A stretch of DNA of 32,691 nucleotides from contig QIJI01000471.1 of NCBI GenBank assembly GCA_003231795.1, positions 1 to 32,691 of the forward strand, in the 5' to 3' direction. This DNA is from Gammaproteobacteria bacterium. Lineage in GTDB: Bacteria > Pseudomonadota > Gammaproteobacteria > GCA-001735895. The notes under the pieces are model-generated. The model searched no databases, was not told the origin of the DNA, and saw only the letters and a list, made by a program, of their open reading frames with translations. Of the stretch, positions 28,842 to 32,691 are shown piece after piece. The position numbers and the translations under genes were made by a program. Position 1 is the stretch's first letter, and each line of letters opens with the position of its first letter.

Positions 28842-30497
28842 ATGTACGCCTATAATCAGATTGATCAAAAACTGGTAGATGAACGAGTCGAACAGTTTCG
28901 CGATCAGACGGATCGGTTTCTTGCCGGCAAGCTTGATGAGGAAGTATTCAAGCAATTGCGTTTACGCAACGGGCTATACGTACAGCGCCATGCCCCGATG
29001 TTACGCGTCGCGGTGCCCTACGGCATTCTCAATTCGGATCAGATGCGCATGCTGGGCCATATCGCACGCACCTATGACCGGGGATACGCGCATGTCACAA
29101 CACGTCAGAATTTCCAGTTTAACTGGCCGGCTTTAGAGACAGTCCCCGATATTCTGGCGCACCTGGCGGGTGTGCAGATGCATGCCATTCAGACCAGCGG
29201 CAACTGTATTCGTAATGTCACATCCGATCCCCTGGCAGGGGTCGCACCGGACGAACTCGAAGATCCGAGGATATGGTGTGAATTGTTACGCCAGTGGTCG
29301 ACTTTACATCCCGAGTTTTCGTTTCTACCGCGTAAGTTTAAATTTGCAGTAACCGGCTCACGCCAGGACAGGGTGGCTTCTCAGGTGCACGATATCGGCC
29401 TGCAACTGGTACAGAATGGTCAGGGGGAGGTATGTTTTAAAGTCCTGGTTGGCGGTGGCATGGGGCGAACCCCGGTTATTGGAAAGTTGATTCGAGACTT
29501 TTTGCCGCGCCATGATCTACTCAGCTACCTTGATGCGATACTGCGGGTATACAACCTGCATGGTCGGCGCGACAATATTTATAAAGCACGCATCAAGATT
29601 CTAGTTAATGCGCTCGGAATCGAAACCTTTCGCGAACAGGTTGAAGCCGAATGGCAACATTTACGCGAGTCCGATCTTAAACTGTCTGATCAACGTATCG
29701 ATCGAATCAGGGAATCCTTCCAGATCCACAAGTACAAGGATCTTGAAGATGATGACGGAATCAAGGATCAATGCGCCCAGAATCCGATGTTTAACTCCTG
29801 GTATCGTCAAAATACCCAGGCGCATAAAATCAGGGGCTATCGAATCGTAACCCTGTCGTTGAAGAATCATGGGCAGGCGCCTGGAGATATCAGTGATACC
29901 CAGATGGAGCAGGTGGCTGATCTGGCAGATCAGTACAGCGCGGGCGAAATAAGGACCACCTATTCGCAAAACCTGATACTGGCGCAGGTGGAGCAAGTTG
30001 AATTGTATTCGTTGTGGCAAGCTCTGACTCGGCTGCGTCTGGCCAACCCGAATATCGGCACTGTCAATGATGTTATCTGCTGCCCGGGATCCGATTTCTG
30101 TGCGCTGGCCAATGCAACTTCTATCGACGTATCAGAAGATATCATTCGTCGTTTCGACGCGCTGGACAAGCTTTACAGTATCGGCAATATCAGGATCAAT
30201 ATCTCGGGCTGCATAAATGCCTGCGGGCATCATCACGTTGGAAATATTGGTCTGTTGGGTGTCGATAAAAATGGTGAAGACTGGTATCAGATTACGCTCG
30301 GTGGCGCTGCCAGTAATTACACTGCTCTGGGCAAGGTATTGGGCCCGGCGGTTGCCAAGCGAGACGTAGGGGAGGCAATTGAAAAAATCATTGAAACCTA
30401 CGTTGACTATCGTCAAGTGGATGAAAGCTTCTTACAAACACTGGAGCGGATAGGCCGCGATCCATTCAAGGCACGCGTATATGTCAGTCGTCATTAA
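28842..30497 (+). CDS. cysI: sulfite reductase hemoprotein-type (nitrite/sulfite reductase family, siroheme/4Fe-4S)
   Basis: MYAYNQIDQKLVDERVEQFRDQTDRFLAG...LRLRNGLYVQRHAPMLRVAVPYG resembles the Pseudomonas-type CysI N-terminus. Cluster-binding Cys motifs are CPGSDFC and SGCINACGHHH. An alternative ATG at 28824 would add 6 residues. Confidence 0.85.
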   Translation: MYAYNQIDQKLVDERVEQFRDQTDRFLAGKLDEEVFKQLRLRNGLYVQRHAPMLRVAVPYGILNSDQMRMLGHIARTYDRGYAHVTTRQNFQFNWPALETVPDILAHLAGVQMHAIQTSGNCIRNVTSDPLAGVAPDELEDPRIWCELLRQWSTLHPEFSFLPRKFKFAVTGSRQDRVASQVHDIGLQLVQNGQGEVCFKVLVGGGMGRTPVIGKLIRDFLPRHDLLSYLDAILRVYNLHGRRDNIYKARIKILVNALGIETFREQVEAEWQHLRESDLKLSDQRIDRIRESFQIHKYKDLEDDDGIKDQCAQNPMFNSWYRQNTQAHKIRGYRIVTLSLKNHGQAPGDISDTQMEQVADLADQYSAGEIRTTYSQNLILAQVEQVELYSLWQALTRLRLANPNIGTVNDVICCPGSDFCALANATSIDVSEDIIRRFDALDKLYSIGNIRINISGCINACGHHHVGNIGLLGVDKNGEDWYQITLGGAASNYTALGKVLGPAVAKRDVGEAIEKIIETYVDYRQVDESFLQTLERIGRDPFKARVYVSRH

Positions 30498-30969
30498 CTT
30501 AAACGAAGTCATTACCGACGACTGGCTTGAGACCAGCGACAGCGATGAATTGGGTAGTAACCGGTCAGTTATCATTTCACTGCAGCGACTGCAGCGAGAC
30601 TGGGATGTTTTGCAGAGTTCGGATTACAGAATCGGAGTAGAACTTGAAGCTACGGACGACGTTGAAGAAATCAGAGAATTCCTGCCGCGGCTGGATTTAG
30701 TGGCATTGAATTTTAACGTATTTGCCGATGGGCGGGCTTTCAGCCAGGCCAGGTTATTGCGCGAAAGATTGGGTTACCGGGGAGAGTTACGTGCCCGTGG
30801 CGATGTAATACGCGATCAGCTGTCATTCATGCATCGCTGTGGATTCACCCAGTTTCAATTGGCTGATAGCGAAGAGGTAGAGCTTGCGCTAAATGCTTTT
30901 TCAGATATCAGCGATACTTATCAACCCGAAATAAAGCAGATTCCTGATTGTTCGGCCACTAGTCGGTGA
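30481..30969 (+). CDS. DUF934-family protein (accessory to sulfite reductase)
   Basis: 162 aa, overlapping the cysI 3' end by 17 nt. Contains FADGRAFSQARLLRERLGYRGELRARGDVIRDQLSFMHRCGF, typical of the DUF934 partner of Pseudomonas-type cysI as I recall it. Confidence 0.75.
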   Translation: MSVVINLNEVITDDWLETSDSDELGSNRSVIISLQRLQRDWDVLQSSDYRIGVELEATDDVEEIREFLPRLDLVALNFNVFADGRAFSQARLLRERLGYRGELRARGDVIRDQLSFMHRCGFTQFQLADSEEVELALNAFSDISDTYQPEIKQIPDCSATSR

Positions 30970-31372
30970 TAAAGAGCTGTGTCAGCATATCAGGTACAAA
31001 AGGACGTCCGTTGGCGTTTAACGAGGTACCGGTAATTCGTGCAGCCAGCATCAGTTTCTCTTGCGGTAGTTTGTATACGTCCTGCTGAAATTCGAAACGG
31101 ACACGAGAGATCTGGCGTACCAGACTACGGACCACAAAGGTATCATTGCTTTTGAGCGAATTTTTGTAATCCAGCTCGGCTCTGATCACAACCAGGTTGA
31201 TACCGCTTTCGGTGACTTCGGCAAAATTAATACCCCGCGTCTGTAGAAATTCGTGCCGCGCATGTTCAAGATAATTCTGATAAACGCCGTTATTGACTAC
31301 GCCCTGCATGTCGCACTCGTAATCACGCACCTTAAATTCGATATGGTGAGAATATTTCATAGGCGAACTCAT
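30959..31372 (-). CDS. hotdog-fold acyl-CoA thioesterase (4HBT / YbgC-like)
   Basis: 137 aa. VRDYECDMQGVVNNGVYQNYLEHARHEFL is the typical 4HBT catalytic-Asp N-terminal motif. Its start lies 6 nt downstream of the stop of the preceding ABC ATPase gene on the minus strand. Confidence 0.8.
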   Translation of the reverse strand: MSSPMKYSHHIEFKVRDYECDMQGVVNNGVYQNYLEHARHEFLQTRGINFAEVTESGINLVVIRAELDYKNSLKSNDTFVVRSLVRQISRVRFEFQQDVYKLPQEKLMLAARITGTSLNANGRPFVPDMLTQLFITD

Positions 31373-31378
31373 CTTGTT

Positions 31379-32356
31379 TTATCGGTTGGGATTTTCTAGT
31401 AAATGGCAGGCCGCAGAATGATTGTCTCGATTGTGCATTGGCGGTGATTGATGACTACAGCGATCGAACACCATCGGGCAGCGAGTATGAAAACGACAGC
31501 CATCGGGTGGATTTATCGCAGATGGCACTTCGCCACGTAATATTTCACCGCTACGTTTGTGACTGGGATCGGGTACCGGAATCGAGTCAATTAATGATTG
31601 CGTATAGGGATGTAAGGGATTCCGATAAATTTCGTCGCTTTTGGCGGATTCAACAATTTGACCGAGATACATCACGGCTACCCGGTCGGAAATATGTTTC
31701 ACCACCGCCAGGTCGTGCGCAATAAACAAATAGGAAAGATTAAACTCCCGCTGCAGATCGAGTAACAAGTTGAGGATCTGACTTTGAATTGAAACGTCGA
31801 GTGCAGATACCGCTTCGTCGCAAACTATCAGTTTTGGTTTCAAAGACAGCGCGCGAGCTATGCCGATTCGCTGACGTTGTCCACCGGAAAATTCGAAAGG
31901 ATAATGTGAGCAAGCGGAAGCGGGTAAGCCGACAATATCGAGTAATTTTCTGACTTCCTCGCGCCGTGTTTTGTGGTTGCCGATATTATGTATGATGAAG
32001 GGCTCAGTCAGAATCTCTTCGACACTGTGTCTCGAATTGAGCGATTCCATCGGATCCTGAAAAATCATTTGTACCGATCTGCGGTAGGCCAGGGTCTGGC
32101 GTCGATTCAGTTTGAGAATATTTTGACCTTCAAAAATTATCTGGCCCGAATCGGGTTGATACAATTTGGCGATGCATCGGGCCAGGGTCGACTTACCGCA
32201 ACCCGATTCGCCCACCAGGCCCAGGGTTTCACCTGCCTCTACCGTGATCGAAACATGGTCGACTGCCTGATTGTAAGCGCGAGCGCGTAACAATATTCCT
32301 TCACGCACCGGAAAGCCTTTACACAGATCCTGCACCTCCAGTAAAGCGGTGCTCAC
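31379..32356 (-). CDS. peptide-type ABC transporter ATP-binding protein (OppF/DppF-like)
   Basis: Walker [10 protein letters not shown], signature [15 protein letters not shown], Walker [13 protein letters not shown], and a C-terminal oligopeptide-transporter domain ([12 protein letters not shown]). The GTG start at 32356 overlaps the upstream gene's TGA (GTGA). The longer ORF to 32395 is rejected. Confidence 0.85.
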   Translation of the reverse strand: MSTALLEVQDLCKGFPVREGILLRARAYNQAVDHVSITVEAGETLGLVGESGCGKSTLARCIAKLYQPDSGQIIFEGQNILKLNRRQTLAYRRSVQMIFQDPMESLNSRHSVEEILTEPFIIHNIGNHKTRREEVRKLLDIVGLPASACSHYPFEFSGGQRQRIGIARALSLKPKLIVCDEAVSALDVSIQSQILNLLLDLQREFNLSYLFIAHDLAVVKHISDRVAVMYLGQIVESAKSDEIYRNPLHPYTQSLIDSIPVPDPSHKRSGEILRGEVPSAINPPDGCRFHTRCPMVFDRCSHQSPPMHNRDNHSAACHLLENPNR

Positions 32357-32691
32357 TTTAGTGTGCTGCCATCGAAGTCGATGATATGGCGCCAATGGAA
32401 ACAGCTAACCTGATGATTTCCTGCAATAGTCTCGATATCGGGATTGGTTTCACGACAGCTATCTTTTGCATAATGGCATCGATTTTCGAAGCGACAGCCC
32501 GTGGGCATTTGGTGGAGCGAAGGTACCAGGCCTTCAATCGTGCTCAGGCGCGATTTTCCGGGTGTATCCAGTCTGGGTATGGAATTGAGTAATCCGCGCG
32601 TGTAGGGGTGTGCAGGGCGCTCGAAGATATCATATATGCTGCCTGACTCGACTATTTTCCCGGCGTACATTACCAGCACTCGATCACAGCT
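32353..32691 (-). CDS. peptide-type ABC transporter ATP-binding protein (OppD/DppD-like), C-terminal part only (5' end beyond the window)
   Basis: The frame is open to the window edge. [14 protein letters not shown]...[11 protein letters not shown] and the C-terminal Cys-containing motif [10 protein letters not shown] are typical of OppD/DppD C-termini. Confidence 0.8.
   Translation of the reverse strand, partial: SCDRVLVMYAGKIVESGSIYDIFERPAHPYTRGLLNSIPRLDTPGKSRLSTIEGLVPSLHQMPTGCRFENRCHYAKDSCRETNPDIETIAGNHQVSCFHWRHIIDFDGSTLK

Noticed and set aside
1-32691. Searched for CRISPR arrays, integrases or transposases, toxin-antitoxin pairs, restriction or defence genes and prophage remnants.
   Set aside because: None found. 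Every long ORF is a recognisable housekeeping gene or one of the two small accessory genes. The only interspersed repeats are the two MITE-like copies, and there is no repeat-spacer periodicity.

Overview
This is a chromosomal, housekeeping-dense window from a gammaproteobacterium. GC content looks moderate but was not computed. It joins two gene blocks whose order matches Pseudomonas as I recall it. Block 1 is asd-paralog, fimV, truA, trpF, accD, folC, a SPOR protein, cvpA, purF and metZ. Block 2 is lpxH and a cyclophilin (minus strand), then cysS, a tRNA operon, tig, clpP, clpX, lon, hupB, tRNA-Val/Asp, ppiD and fabI. After that come a sulfite reductase/DUF934 pair, a thioesterase and two peptide-type ABC ATPases. 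I support 27 CDS and 6 tRNA genes. I found no phage, integrase, transposase, toxin, defence gene or CRISPR array, so I do not claim a novel protein-encoded system. The unusual content is non-coding. (1) Two inverted copies (268 and 291 nt) of an element bounded by a perfect 34-bp terminal inverted repeat. Its interior folds into a three-way junction, and the two copies differ by pair-preserving substitutions. One copy sits between accD and folC, the other between lon and hupB. (2) The spacer between tRNA-Pro and tRNA-Arg is a diverged tandem duplication of a promoter-like box plus a structured segment, ending in a roughly 140-nt rod-shaped hairpin 3 nt from tRNA-Arg. (3) Five inverted repeats are packed into the cyclophilin/cysS divergent intergenic region. 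(4) folC homology extends upstream of the only canonical start codon. Two accessory-looking genes lie between purF and metZ. All homology statements come from reading the translations by eye, and no searches were run.
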